Below, one piece after another: positions 1-12,400 of a stretch of 64,000 nt of DNA (positions within the stretch are counted from its first letter, which is position 1; each line of letters opens with the position of its first letter). The notes below the pieces were generated by a model, which saw only the letters and a program-made list of their open reading frames with translations, was not told the DNA's origin and searched no databases. Source of the DNA: a virus (Duplodnaviria > Caudoviricetes); IMG/VR virus record IMGVR_UViG_3300014057_000005, positions 32,001 through 96,000 of that record; one strand, 5' to 3'. The position numbers and the translations under genes are program-made.

Positions 1-1
1 C

Positions 2-2638
2 TTTGCTCGTGGAACACTTGCAACAGGTGGGACTCTGCACAACGTTCTCGTGGGCGAACTTGGCACGGAAGGTCTGGTTACCCCGGATGGCAGATATCGC
101 GAAGTTGGTGTAAACGGCGCGGAGTTCATCAGTAAAATTCCCAAAGGCTCTATTATCTTCAATCATGCGCAATGGGCGGCGATTAAGAATAGAGGCAACG
201 TTACCGGCGGATCCGCTTTTGCGTCTGGTACTGATAATAAAGTAGACTTCGTAGATATGCTTCTGAGTCGCTCGTCCACCAATGTCGAAATGCTCAAGAA
301 GCTTGCAGAGACCTATAACTTTGTCGCCGGTAAAATTGTCGGTGTCAACAACGTTATGGATGCAACGCGGAAAGAGATTGCCAATGCACAGAAGGCATAT
401 CGTGAGTATATGTCTGAGGCAAATTCAATCAGCCTTTCCGAGAGTTATAAATCCAAGGTACGCAATGGTACACTCGATATCGCATCGATTAGTAGCGAAA
501 GCACACGCGACAAAATCGAGGAATACAAGAAGTGGTACGAAAAGGCTCAAGATGTCCACTCGTCCCTTCTGGATCTGAACGCGGATCTCAAAGAACTATC
601 TTCGCAGAAACTCGACCTTATCGAAGAGCGTATGCAAGGTATGGCAGACTACTACTCTGCCCTTGTCTCGCAACAGGAAGCAATCGAGGGTCTTGCAGAA
701 ATTGAAGCCGGATATAAGGATGTTGAGACCTATGTCCGTTCTATTGGTGCTCAGTACAAGGTAATTGAGAAACAGTACGATAAGTTCCTTGAGTTACAGG
801 AAGAGGTTGACAAACAGCTTAAGTCTGGCGAAATCGTAGAATACTCAAATGAGTGGTACGAGGCGAAACAGGCGGTTGTCGAGGCGAACACTGCTTGGGT
901 CAAGTCAAAGCAAGAACTTCTTGAAATCAAGGAAGCCCTACGCGAGGCGAACTGGGAGAGTTGGAATCTTGCGGTTGACGCAATTGAGCATGTAAATAAG
1001 CAGCTTGATTCTACTATATCCTTGATTAGTTCGTTAACGGCGTTTGATGAGTCTGGCGGAATTACGCAGAATGGCATCTCTCAGGCGAACCTATATGCAT
1101 CGTCTCTGAAAAATGCCAGACAGAAAGTTGCTGATTACCAAGAAGCGATCAATACTCTGAACAAAGAGTATCAACTTGGCATTATTAATCAGGCGGACTA
1201 CAACGAAGAACTGCAAGATTATACCGAAAAGCAGATGAGCGCAGTTTCTAGCGTTAGGAAATATCGCGAAGAAATTGTTTCTCTTGTGAAGGACGGCATT
1301 AAAGCTGAGACCAGCGCAATGTCCGAACTTATCAGCAAGCGTAAAGACGCGCTTAAACAGCAGAAGGATAATAACGATTACGCCGAGAAGATTAAAGAGA
1401 AGCAGAAAGAAATCAGCAAGATTCAAGCGCAAATCACCGCTTTGTCTGGCGACGATACTGCTTCGACTCGGGCGCAGATTCGTTCTCTTCAGGCAAAGTT
1501 ACAATCCGAACAGGATGACCTTGATAAGACAAGACGGGATCATGAGTATTCTGTTCTGACGCAAGGATATGATGACGCGCTTAAGAAGTTCAAGGAGAAC
1601 CAAGACGCTCGTACTAAAGAACTTGATTCGAGTTTGGCGGCACAGGAAGATGCAATTAACAGCGCACTGAGTGCGACCACAGCCCAGTACGAACAGACAT
1701 ACAACCAGCTCACTGAGTTGGCGACCATGTATGGTTATTCGCTCGACACGTCTGTTTCTCAGCCTTGGAAGGACGCGACAACTGCTGTCCAAGAGTATTC
1801 TGATGCGGTCAAGATTGGAACAGCAAATGCCAAAATTGCGACCGAGAATGCTACTTATGGCATCGAGAAGCTTGCGGGGACTAATCCGGCTGCGGTCACT
1901 ACTGCGGACGCGATGTCTTTTGCCAATGGCCATCTCGATGAAATGAGTAAGGCTACCGTTGAAAAACGTAGTCTAAACGATGTTCTCACGAGTGGGAGTT
2001 CGTCCTCGTCCTCGTCTTCTTCTGGCGGTTCTACCAATTTTGGATCCGGCAACCTTAAGGTTGGGAGCCGTGGTGACGCGGTGCGCAATCTGCAAATTGC
2101 TCTTAACTCTCTGATGGGTGCGGGGCTTAGTGTTGACGGTATTTATGGTTCAAAAACAGCCTCCGCCGTTCGCGCCTTCCAGAAGAAGTATGGCCTTTCT
2201 GCTGATGGCATTTTTGGTAACAACAGCCGTGCGAAGCTGAAGTCTGTTTACCATGCCGCCTCCGGTGCATATCGCGCTCTGAGCGGTTTATACATGACGG
2301 ACGAGTACGGTCTCGGCTCTGAAGCTATTATCACTAAGGACGGCGTGTTGAGGCAGCTAAACGCTGGCGATATGGTCTTTAGTGCTCGGCAAAAGGAAAT
2401 GTTGTGGCAACTGAGCAAAATGAGCGTACCATCGATTCTATCTGGAATTGGGGGACGTGCTCTTTCTGGCGCCCTTGCAGGCAACATGACCATCACGAAC
2501 CATTACGATTCTCTGCTTACTGTTAATGGTAATGTTGATAAGGATGCGCTCCCGGGTCTGAAGGATCTGCTGAGGCAATCTTATGAATACACCAAACAGG
2601 AATTAACCAGAGATATGGCAAAGCGTGGTTTTAGATGA
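2..2638 (+). CDS. Tail tape measure protein, C-terminal part (5' truncated by window), with a peptidoglycan-binding domain near the C-terminus
   Basis: Frame is open from position 2; long helical/coiled-coil Ala/Lys/Glu-rich sequence; PG-binding repeat LKVGSRGDAVRNLQ..VDGIYGSKT..FQKKYGLSADGIFG; lies upstream of Dit/Tal-like genes. Confidence 0.85.
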   Translation, partial: FARGTLATGGTLHNVLVGELGTEGLVTPDGRYREVGVNGAEFISKIPKGSIIFNHAQWAAIKNRGNVTGGSAFASGTDNKVDFVDMLLSRSSTNVEMLKKLAETYNFVAGKIVGVNNVMDATRKEIANAQKAYREYMSEANSISLSESYKSKVRNGTLDIASISSESTRDKIEEYKKWYEKAQDVHSSLLDLNADLKELSSQKLDLIEERMQGMADYYSALVSQQEAIEGLAEIEAGYKDVETYVRSIGAQYKVIEKQYDKFLELQEEVDKQLKSGEIVEYSNEWYEAKQAVVEANTAWVKSKQELLEIKEALREANWESWNLAVDAIEHVNKQLDSTISLISSLTAFDESGGITQNGISQANLYASSLKNARQKVADYQEAINTLNKEYQLGIINQADYNEELQDYTEKQMSAVSSVRKYREEIVSLVKDGIKAETSAMSELISKRKDALKQQKDNNDYAEKIKEKQKEISKIQAQITALSGDDTASTRAQIRSLQAKLQSEQDDLDKTRRDHEYSVLTQGYDDALKKFKENQDARTKELDSSLAAQEDAINSALSATTAQYEQTYNQLTELATMYGYSLDTSVSQPWKDATTAVQEYSDAVKIGTANAKIATENATYGIEKLAGTNPAAVTTADAMSFANGHLDEMSKATVEKRSLNDVLTSGSSSSSSSSSGGSTNFGSGNLKVGSRGDAVRNLQIALNSLMGAGLSVDGIYGSKTASAVRAFQKKYGLSADGIFGNNSRAKLKSVYHAASGAYRALSGLYMTDEYGLGSEAIITKDGVLRQLNAGDMVFSARQKEMLWQLSKMSVPSILSGIGGRALSGALAGNMTITNHYDSLLTVNGNVDKDALPGLKDLLRQSYEYTKQELTRDMAKRGFR

Positions 2639-2641
2639 TTT

Positions 2642-2666
2642 GGCGGGGCTTCGGCTCCGCCTTTTT
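2642..2666 (+). terminator. Intrinsic terminator-like hairpin between TMP and Dit
   Basis: GGCGGGGC-TTCG-GCTCCGCC followed by TTTTT. Confidence 0.7.
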
Positions 2667-2679
2667 GAGGTGATTTTGT

Positions 2680-3489
2680 ATGGTCTATGTAGACGATTTT
2701 ACATATAACTCAAAGTCCCTTTCTGATTTCGATGAGGATTTTTGCGTTGTGTCTTTTGAGGACAATGTGAATAATGGCGATGTGACGGTTTTGGAGCGGT
2801 CTGTTGACCGAAGCGAGATTCGTTATGACCAACCAATCACATTTGACTACGGCGCGACAGAGACTGGCGTTTATACGTTTAGTATCACAATCGCCAGAGA
2901 CAGCGGGAATCCTTTAACGCAGGCGGATGTGCGCCAATTCGTTAGCTGGCTTATGTCCCCAGTAACCCCACAGTGGCTGACGCTAACTGGGAAGAATACG
3001 GATATTTACAACGGAGTCTTCTTTAAGGGACGATTCGTTCGTGCAGCATACGAGGATATTGGTGTCGCCAGGAAAATCGGAATCAAGTTTGAATTCGAAA
3101 ATATTTCTTCCTATGGCTTCACGCGAGAATACACTTATAATATCACATCAACCGCCAAGACACCGGGCAACCTCACCATTGAGAATCCCGGCACTTTTGT
3201 TGGGAAGTCAATTTTACCCATCATCACGATTACACCTACTGATGGCGGAGTTGTGACGATTCAAAATACGGCAGTTGATAAGGATCCGTTAAGTATTAGC
3301 GTGACCAACGGCACGGCTATTACACTTCAAGATTATTATTGTCTGAAGAGTGACGGCAATTTCTATGACTTTGAGAATTTCAACAATTTTAACTGGGTCG
3401 TTCTTGTGGACGGCACAAACACGATAAAGGTAACTGGCGCCTGTACGGTGCAAATCAAAACACGGTTTTATGAGGCCGTAGGAGTTTAA
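2680..3489 (+). CDS. Distal tail protein (Dit)-like
   Basis: Follows TMP; 269 aa; FTYN..SLSDF start, WL..P...WL motif, C-terminal LVDGTNTIKVTG. Confidence 0.75.
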   Translation: MVYVDDFTYNSKSLSDFDEDFCVVSFEDNVNNGDVTVLERSVDRSEIRYDQPITFDYGATETGVYTFSITIARDSGNPLTQADVRQFVSWLMSPVTPQWLTLTGKNTDIYNGVFFKGRFVRAAYEDIGVARKIGIKFEFENISSYGFTREYTYNITSTAKTPGNLTIENPGTFVGKSILPIITITPTDGGVVTIQNTAVDKDPLSISVTNGTAITLQDYYCLKSDGNFYDFENFNNFNWVVLVDGTNTIKVTGACTVQIKTRFYEAVGV

Positions 3490-3491
3490 TG

Positions 3492-3517
3492 GGGTGGGCG
3501 TTTGCTCACCCTATTTT
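3492..3517 (+). terminator. Intrinsic terminator-like hairpin
   Basis: GGGTGGGC-GTTT-GCTCACCC-TATTTT. Confidence 0.55.
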
Positions 3518-3534
3518 AGGGAGGAGGACGCGTT

Positions 3535-6462
3535 TTGCCCAACTTAATGACCCAAAATGGGTTAATATCCGTGGCGACTGACGCATATGGTCGATCCAAG
3601 GAACTGACCGCATTTATTTGCGACCCGGTTCGCACCCATATCTGCCAGATTGGCGGGATTACGACCTTCGATTTGTCAATTCGCTTCAAAGATATTTCTG
3701 AGATTGAATTTGTGGTTCAGCGGTATATTGAAAACGCGTCCACACACGAAGTAGAAGAAAACAAAGCCTACTCTTATCTGCACAGTTTCTGTGAGATTTA
3801 TGTGCCAGAACTTGGCAAGAGGGGTTATTTCATTATAAATAGTGAGCCGAGCATCTTGGCAGAAAGCACGGCTCGTGAAAGCAAGTCTTTTACCGCCTAT
3901 TCATACGAGAGCGTTTTGCAAGGCGAAAATCTTGTGAATTTCGACATCAATCAAGGCACTGAGACGAGCCGCGAAATCTGGGAGGCATCTGAGGGCGAGG
4001 TAAGTATCTTCGACACAGTTTGCCTGTACGACCCGGAGAATCCGAAACTTAGTTTGCTCGACCTTATACTGGAGGATGACTACTACGGTTGGCAGATAGG
4101 GCATGTTGACGGCTCAATCGCATCTTTGCGCAGAGCATTTTCGGTAGACAACAAGAATGTATATGCTTTTCTCACTGGTGATGTGAGTCAGGCATTCCGA
4201 TGTATTGTAGACTTTGATACGGCAGGCAAGCTAATTAACGTTTACAACATCGAGACGGTCGGGAATAACACAAACATCTACCTCTCGTTTGAGAATTTTG
4301 TGCAGCAGATTAGTATTTCGCCAGCATCAGATAATCTCTATACGGTCTTCAATGTTGCGGGGAGAAATGGCTTAGGAATTGAACTTGTCAACTTTGGAAG
4401 TAACAAAATAGTTGACATCTCCTACCCTCTCTCACTTTGCAGAGCGGATATTCAAACACGCTACGCCGCCTATCTAGCGTTTAGAGACACAAAGAGAACG
4501 GAATACTCTGACGCGGCGATTGATTATACGAACGCGCAAAGCAAGTATAACGCGGTAATGGATCGCCAGCCAGACGATGTACTGAACAACAACTGGGCAT
4601 CTCCCATGTTTTCGCTTGAAGACCTACAAAAAGAACTAGAGTTTGCGCAGTGGTATGTCGCAGAGATTGAGGGCGAATACACAAAGCAAGATGGCTCGAT
4701 TGACTACGACGCTCTAAACACGTCCACAGACGCGGCAACCTACTACTCGTTTAAGAAGGTGGCCATCCCGGATCTCACGGCTGAAATTGCCAAGAGAGAA
4801 GCCGGTAGTTCTGAGGAAGCGGATACGGTTGACCAAGAATTCGTCTGGGAACTGTATGGGCTAAATGACCTCAAGCTTGAGAAGCAGAACATACAAAATG
4901 TCATCAACGCCTATAGAGATGGCGGATGGGCGGATCCGTACGATGAGACGCGCCATATTGACCAGACCACATATAATACAAATCATGGCGAGTATGTAAA
5001 GTACACAAATCGTTTGAGCGAACTTGATACCTATATTGCAGATATGGAAGATAAGGCGGAGCAATTCGCGGACGAGATGGCAATGTACCAATCTACACTG
5101 CAAAGCATTGCCCAGTCTGTTTCTCTGTCCGGCTACGGCTTTGACGATGGGGAAATTGCTCTTATCACACAGCTTTATCGTGAGAGCGACTACTCTGACG
5201 ACAACTATCTTATCACGGACTATGACGATGCAACGAGTACTGTTGCCGTAGAAAACGACTTATATGAGGCGGCTACAAAACGCCTCGCAATTGAGTGCCA
5301 CCCGCAAATTAAATGGGCGGTTAAATCTGACGACCTGTTTGACATTGAGGAGTTTAAACCTCTTCGCGACAGCTTACAGGTTGGCGACTTTATAATTCTT
5401 GGGTACGGCGTATCTGACGCCGAAACCTACGTTCGTTTGCGGTGTATGCAATTTGACTTTAGCGGACTCAAAACGGATTCCACTTTTAACATCACATTTA
5501 GCACCGCAACAAATTCTAAATACCAGAACGATGATTATGAGGATCTTCTTCAGAACTATCTCACTTCGCGGACAAACCAGATTTCAGTAAGAGCGACTTC
5601 GGCAGCATCCTCGACAGCTTCCAAGGTCGCCAACTCTCTGATTCGCCCTTATGTACAGATAATGAACGCCAAACTACAAGAGGCGGAAATCGACCAAGCT
5701 ACAATCAATGAACTTCGGGCGGTCTGGGGTAAGTTCGAAACCGTTCTGGCAGACTATATTCAAGCTGATGAACTGGCGGCAAACGTTGCGAATATCAATT
5801 CTCTTACGGTTCAAGATGCTATTGTGCAAAACCTGCTCTCTTCTGAAATTGTGCAGGCCGCACTCTTAAAAGTTGACCGTATTGAAGACCGCACAGACAC
5901 AACGCCCCATAGCTATTGGGATCTTACCACTGGCGAACTATCGCTAAAGGGATATGTCTTCTCGACACGAATTGAATACATTCTGGGGGACGACCAGACG
6001 ACCGCGCCAGCAGACAATGACCCCGGTTGGAGCACATCTGTACCCGCTTCGCAAGAAGGCAAGTACATGTGGCAGAGAATTGTTATGGTGGAATCGGACG
6101 GATCCGAACACCCGGCGACTCCTGTCTGCATTCAGGGCGCGATGGGCGAAGATGGCGATGACGCAGTAGTTATGGAAATCGTCAGCACGAACGGCAATAT
6201 TTTCAAAAACAATCTTGTGAATACTAAACTCAACGTGACAGTGCGTAAGGGAGTACTAGCAATTACTACTCTGGCTGTTCTTAGAAACGTTTTCGGTGCC
6301 TCGGCGCATCTTGTTTGGTACTCCAAGAGCGACACAGATACGGACTTTGTACAGATACTTAGTTCGGATTCACGGTTATCAAATGATGGTTTTACATTGA
6401 CACTTACACCTACCGATGTGAATAATCGGCGGGTGTTCCAGTGTGAAGTTCAGACTAATTAA
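3535..6462 (+). CDS. Tal-like baseplate hub / tail spike protein
   Basis: 975 aa after Dit; GGAGGAGG RBS before TTG; hub-type N-terminus, coiled-coil middle, LQVGDFI motif, C-terminal GKYMWQR fibre-type module. Confidence 0.7.
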   Translation: MPNLMTQNGLISVATDAYGRSKELTAFICDPVRTHICQIGGITTFDLSIRFKDISEIEFVVQRYIENASTHEVEENKAYSYLHSFCEIYVPELGKRGYFIINSEPSILAESTARESKSFTAYSYESVLQGENLVNFDINQGTETSREIWEASEGEVSIFDTVCLYDPENPKLSLLDLILEDDYYGWQIGHVDGSIASLRRAFSVDNKNVYAFLTGDVSQAFRCIVDFDTAGKLINVYNIETVGNNTNIYLSFENFVQQISISPASDNLYTVFNVAGRNGLGIELVNFGSNKIVDISYPLSLCRADIQTRYAAYLAFRDTKRTEYSDAAIDYTNAQSKYNAVMDRQPDDVLNNNWASPMFSLEDLQKELEFAQWYVAEIEGEYTKQDGSIDYDALNTSTDAATYYSFKKVAIPDLTAEIAKREAGSSEEADTVDQEFVWELYGLNDLKLEKQNIQNVINAYRDGGWADPYDETRHIDQTTYNTNHGEYVKYTNRLSELDTYIADMEDKAEQFADEMAMYQSTLQSIAQSVSLSGYGFDDGEIALITQLYRESDYSDDNYLITDYDDATSTVAVENDLYEAATKRLAIECHPQIKWAVKSDDLFDIEEFKPLRDSLQVGDFIILGYGVSDAETYVRLRCMQFDFSGLKTDSTFNITFSTATNSKYQNDDYEDLLQNYLTSRTNQISVRATSAASSTASKVANSLIRPYVQIMNAKLQEAEIDQATINELRAVWGKFETVLADYIQADELAANVANINSLTVQDAIVQNLLSSEIVQAALLKVDRIEDRTDTTPHSYWDLTTGELSLKGYVFSTRIEYILGDDQTTAPADNDPGWSTSVPASQEGKYMWQRIVMVESDGSEHPATPVCIQGAMGEDGDDAVVMEIVSTNGNIFKNNLVNTKLNVTVRKGVLAITTLAVLRNVFGASAHLVWYSKSDTDTDFVQILSSDSRLSNDGFTLTLTPTDVNNRRVFQCEVQTN

Positions 6463-6472
6463 AGGAGGAAAA

Positions 6473-9400
6473 ATGGCAACAAAAGCAGTTGGGCAGATTA
6501 CCGTTTTCGACTATAGCGATGGCTATTCGGTAATGCTCACAAATCCTTCTTATACGTTTATAGGCGACGAGGACTCGGTGCGTGGCGTACAATCCGTTAC
6601 GACCAGAGTGGTCGCCATGCAAGGAGCATCCCAGATTAACGCCTCGGTTGACACGAGCCAGATTATTAAACCTACTGGATTTACGGTGACATCGAACGGG
6701 GCTACGCCTTCGCCCACTCTTACAATTCAGGCAAATCAATCGGTAACAGACGCGGGTGTTCTTACTATCCCTGTGACTGTAGCAACTGGTGTAACCGTAA
6801 GTTTGCAATGGTCTTATTCGATTGCGTTTACAGGTGGGAAGGGTGATACAGGAGATGCTGGAAGAGGTGTTACTGGTACTACAGTTCAATATGCTCCGGG
6901 GACTCTCCCGACGACTCCACCAAGCTCTGGATGGGATGACACAGTGCCGAGCGTTGATGAGGGGAAATATCTCTGGGTTAAAACAGTTTTTACTTATTCC
7001 TCTGGCGACCCGGTAACAACCTATAGCGTCGCGAAACAGGGCGAAAAGGGAAGCACAGGCAATGGTATCTCTTCGACCGTTGTAGAATACGCAGAATCTA
7101 CAAGCGGAGTAACACCCCCGACAACAATCGCGAGTTGGGGATCAGACATCCCGAATGTAGCGCAAGGTAATTATCTGTGGACTCGCACAACGACAAACTA
7201 TACCGGGTCTAACCCGACGGTTAGCTATAGTGTCGCCAGAATTGGAATGGATGGAGAACCTGCGACTACCTATTCTCTGATTGTTTCACATGCGGCGATT
7301 GTAAAGTCTGCGAGCGGAACTTTTTCTCCTACATCCATCACGCTGACAGCAAAATCTCAGACCGGAACGAACGCTTATGCGAACTACTCCGGCAGATTCA
7401 AGATTGAAGTGTATAACGGTTCTTCTTGGTCTACAAAGTACACTTCCAGTTCAAACGAGAACACAAAGTCTTATACGATTCCTTCCGGTACAACACAAGT
7501 TCGGTGTTCTCTCTATCTTGCGGGTGGAACAACCACGCTTCTGGATCAGCAAACGGTTCCCGTGGTTTCTGATGGTACTTCGGTTACGATTACTTCCAAA
7601 TCCGTTAAGTACCAGAAAGGAACGAGCGGGACTACCGCGCCGACAGGAACATGGGGCGATTCTATCCCGTCCAATATCGGTGAGAACGAATATCTGTGGA
7701 CGCAGACCATCGTGAACTATTCTGATGGCAACAGCACGGAAGCATATAGCGTGTCGCGGAACGCGGCTAATGGTTTTTCTCCTACTGTTTCGTCTACAAC
7801 GGTTGAGTATGTAGAAAGCACAAGCGGAACGGCGCATCCTACAAGCGGATGGAGCACAACGCCGCCGACAACTATGACCGCCGGACGGTATATGTGGACG
7901 AAGACCACGGTTACATATGACGATGGGAACACTTCGGAATCCTACGCGGTATCGCGGAACGGCTCAAATGGCGGGGATGCCTATACTGTTATTCTTGATA
8001 ATGAAAGCCACACATTCGCGGGCGGCACAAGCGCAGCGATTGCGGGTACGGCTACGGTAAATGTGTACGCCTATAAAGGCACGACAGCCATTGCACCTGC
8101 CGTAACGAAAGCAAATATCAGCGGACTTCCTACGGGTATGTCTGTCCAATCCGTCACGAACGACAGCACGAATAAGAAATCGACCATTGTTTTTGCGGTC
8201 ACTACTTCGATGGTGACAAGAAGCGGCATGGTCACGATTCCTGTTACGGCTGATAGCAAAACATTCAATAAGGAATTCAGCTATTCGCTGGCGTTGCAAG
8301 GAACGAAGGGCGATAAAGGCGATACTGGCAAATCCTTAACTGGCATCACTGAGTATTATGCGCGGAATAATTCAACTACCGCGCCTGCCGATTCTGCTTT
8401 TAACACTTCGGTTCTCACTCCTACTGCTTCGGAAAAGTATGTCTGGAACTATGAGCAGTTATCATGGAATGACAACGGCACGACAAGTACGACAAAAACC
8501 ACGAAGCACATCATCGCGGTATACGGTGATAAGGGAGAAACGGGCGATAAGGGCAACACAGGCAAATCGCTTACGAATGTTACCGAATACTACGCCGTCA
8601 ATAACTCAACTACCGCGCCTGCGGACAGCAGTTTCAGCACGACAGTTGCGGCTCCCACTTCGAGCAATAAGTATCTGTGGAACTATGAATTGCTTACTTG
8701 GGATGATAATGGCACGACAAGCACCACGAAGACCGATAAGCATATCGCGGCAGTATATGGAGATAAGGGCGATAAAGGTGACACTGGAAAAGCATTGACC
8801 GGAATCACGGAATACTACGCTCTGAACAATTCGACTACTGCTCCGGCAGATTCTTCGTTCAGCACAACCGTTAAAACACCAACGGCATCCAACAAATATG
8901 TTTGGAATTACGAACAGCTTTCGTGGAACGATAACGGGACTACAAGCACCACGAAGACTACAAAACATATTGTTGCTGTCTACGGGGATAAAGGCGATCA
9001 AGGTGACAAGGGCAACACCGGTAAGGCACTGACCGGAATAACAGAGTATTACGCGATTAACAATTCGACTACTGTTCCGGCAGACAGTGCGTTCGATACC
9101 TCTGTCAAAGCCCCTACATCTTCGAACAAATACCTCTGGAACTATGAATTACTCGCGTGGAACGACAACGGAACAACGAGTACGACTAAAACGGATAAAC
9201 ACATTGCTGCGATTTATGGTGACAAAGGTGATAAAGGTGATACCGGAGTAAGCATTTCGTCCGTAACGAATTATTACCTTGCGACTTCTGCATCGAGTGG
9301 CGTGACTACTTCGACTTCTGGCTGGACTACAACCGTTCAGACGATGGATTCCACAAAACAGTACCTGTGGAATTACGAAGTCATTAAGGGAAGCAATAAT

Positions 9401-12400
9401 TCAACGCTCAACACGACAACTCCCGTAATTATCGGGCGTTACGGTCAGAACGGTGGCAAGGGCGATAAAGGTGATACCGGAAGAGGAATCACAAGCATCG
9501 CGGAGCATTATCAAGTATCTTCGTCAAACACCACCGCGCCTTCAAGCTGGTCTGATACGATGGTCAATACCACGGCTACGAATAAGTATCTGTGGAATTA
9601 TGAGACGATCACCTACACGGACGGCACAACTGAGGACAGCACGAAACGTGTTATCGGCACTCATGGCGAAAAAGGTGACACTGGCGCATCAATCGCATCC
9701 GTCACCAACTATTACCTCGCATCGGCATCTTCAAGCGGAGTGACCACCTCGACAAGCGGTTGGACAACGAATCCGACAGCATCGGCAGCCACGATGACTT
9801 CTACAAAGCAGTATCTTTGGAATTACGAGGTCATCAAGGATAGCAACAATACAACGATAACAACCACTAGCCCTGTTATCATCGGCAGATACGGGCAAAA
9901 TGGCGGTACAGGTTCAGCCGGAAAAGGCATCACCGGAATTACAGAATACTATCTTGCCACAAGTGCTTCAAGCGGTGTAACCACCTCGACAAGTGGGTGG
10001 ACTACTGCTGTTCAATCCACGACAGCTACGAATAAGTATCTCTGGAACTATGAGGCTATCAGCTATACGAGCGGTAATCCGTATACATCTGATCCGCGTA
10101 TCATTGGCACTTATGGAGATAAGGGCAATAAAGGCGACAAGGGGGATAAAGGTGATAAAGGTGATAAAGGCGATCGCGGCGCGACATGGTACGCAGGCAC
10201 GGGCATCACTGGCACATCCACAACAGCCACAACATTCAGCGGTTCCGGAGTGGCTTCTGCCATAGTTGGTGACCATTACCTTAATACGTCCACACAGAAC
10301 GTATATCGTTGTACGGTTGCAGGCGCGGCATCTACCGCAAAGTGGGTGTACGAGCAGAATATCAAGGGCGCACGGGGAACACAGGGTGTTAAAGGTGATA
10401 CTGGAGATACTTGCTACTTCCATATCAAGTATTCCAATGACGGCGGCGCGACATTCACTGGCAACTCCGGCGAGGATGCTGGCTCGTATATCGGCACATA
10501 TTCCGACAACACAGAAGCCGACAGCACATCTGTATCATCCTATAAGTGGGTAAAGATTGAAGGCGATGACGGCACATCCGTTACCGTATCTTCTATCAAG
10601 TACGCGGTCAGCACAACGGAATCTCAGCCTGCCGACAGTGCGTTCACCTATAATTCCGTCCCGACAGTTGCCGAAGGACGCTGGCTCTGGACGCTGACAA
10701 CCTATAGCAATGGCAGTAAGGCGTATACGAAAGCGAAGCAGGGGCAGAAAGGCAATGCCGGAACTTCGGTAACGGTTTCTTCGATAAAATACGCCGTGAC
10801 CACAACGGAATCACAGCCCGCTGATTCGGCATTTACTTATAACTCAGTCCCGACAGTAGCGGAGGGTTCGTGGCTTTGGACGCTGACTACGTTCAGCAAC
10901 GGTTCGAAAATATACTCCAAAGCGAAACAGGGCAAAGCCGGAACAAACGGAACAACCTTCACTCCTTCTGTAGACGCAAGCGGCAATATCTCGTGGACAA
11001 ATGATGGCGGGAAGACGAATCCCACTGCGGTAAATATTAAGGGGCCGCAGGGCGATAAAGGAGATAAAGGCGTTGGCGTTACCAGCATCACAAAGACCGG
11101 AACGAGCGGGACGGTAGACACTTACACAATCAAATACACCGATAACACCTCAACAACCTTCACCGTAACCAATGGAACGAACGGTACAAACGGAACATCT
11201 GCGGAATGGTTCTACGGCACAGCCCTGACGCATACATCCGGCACAGCTACTGCTACGATAAGCGGAGCGAAGGTCGGGGATATGTACCTCAATACCGCTA
11301 CAAGCAACGTGTATAAGTGTACTGCCAAAAATGTCTGGACTTATGCCGGGAATATTGCGGACGGAGTTATCGACAATATTAGCATTGGTGGAAGGAATTT
11401 ACTTGGGCGTACTGCAAATCCAGTAGTTCCCGAAATGGTAGACGGTTCGGCGAACGCTACTTTTGGAACTATAGCCACCTATAATACACATGATATAACT
11501 TTTAATATTGAGAGATTTGATGATGCATCAAACGCGATTGTTTGGACAGATAGTTCTACTGGCAATCGTGGCATTGCTTGGTATACAGGAGTAGGCATAG
11601 TTGCCAAAGGCGAAACCGTTACGTTTTCATGCATGGCAAAGTCGAGCGTGGCTACCACGATCCATACCCATACCGCATGGAGAAAAGGTTCGAAAACCGC
11701 AAGATATGATGGTTGGACTTCGGCGGGTTCAAAAAGTATAGCGGCAAATATTTGGACAAAATACGAGTATACTTTTCAATCCGCGTCCGCTTTTGATGAG
11801 GGGGAATTTCTGGTCGCGCTGTGTTTCTCGGGCGTTTCAACTGGTGCAACATTTAGTATAGCACAAGCGAAACTCGAAAAAGGCAACATTGCTACTGGTT
11901 GGACTCCTGCTCCAGAGGATGTGCAAGCAGATATTGAAGCGGTTCAAGAAGCTGCGGACGAAGCTCAAGCCACAGCAGACCGCAAGAAGCAGACTTTCAT
12001 CTCAACACCGACTACTCCATATTACGTCGGAGATACGTATTTCGTTAACGGCAAACTGCTTGTCTGTCGTACGGAAAGGCTTACCGGATCGTATACAGCA
12101 GATGACTGGTCTGAAGATCTAGGCTATGCGTCGTCCGATACGGTTGCGACACTGGAAGCCAGCACAAAGACCGAACTCGACACCATCAGAAGCGAAGCAT
12201 CTGCGAACTATACTTCGCTGTCGGATTCTCTCGACAAGATACAGGCAAGCTTCAACACGCAGGTCGAGCAGACTTCAGAAGACTTCTCGATCCGCATCAA
12301 CGGTCTGCTAGAATCGCTGACATCGCTTGCGAACGATACTTCTACTAAGTTCGCGGAATATTCGAAGTATTTTCGATTTACTGCGGACGGTCTGGAAATC

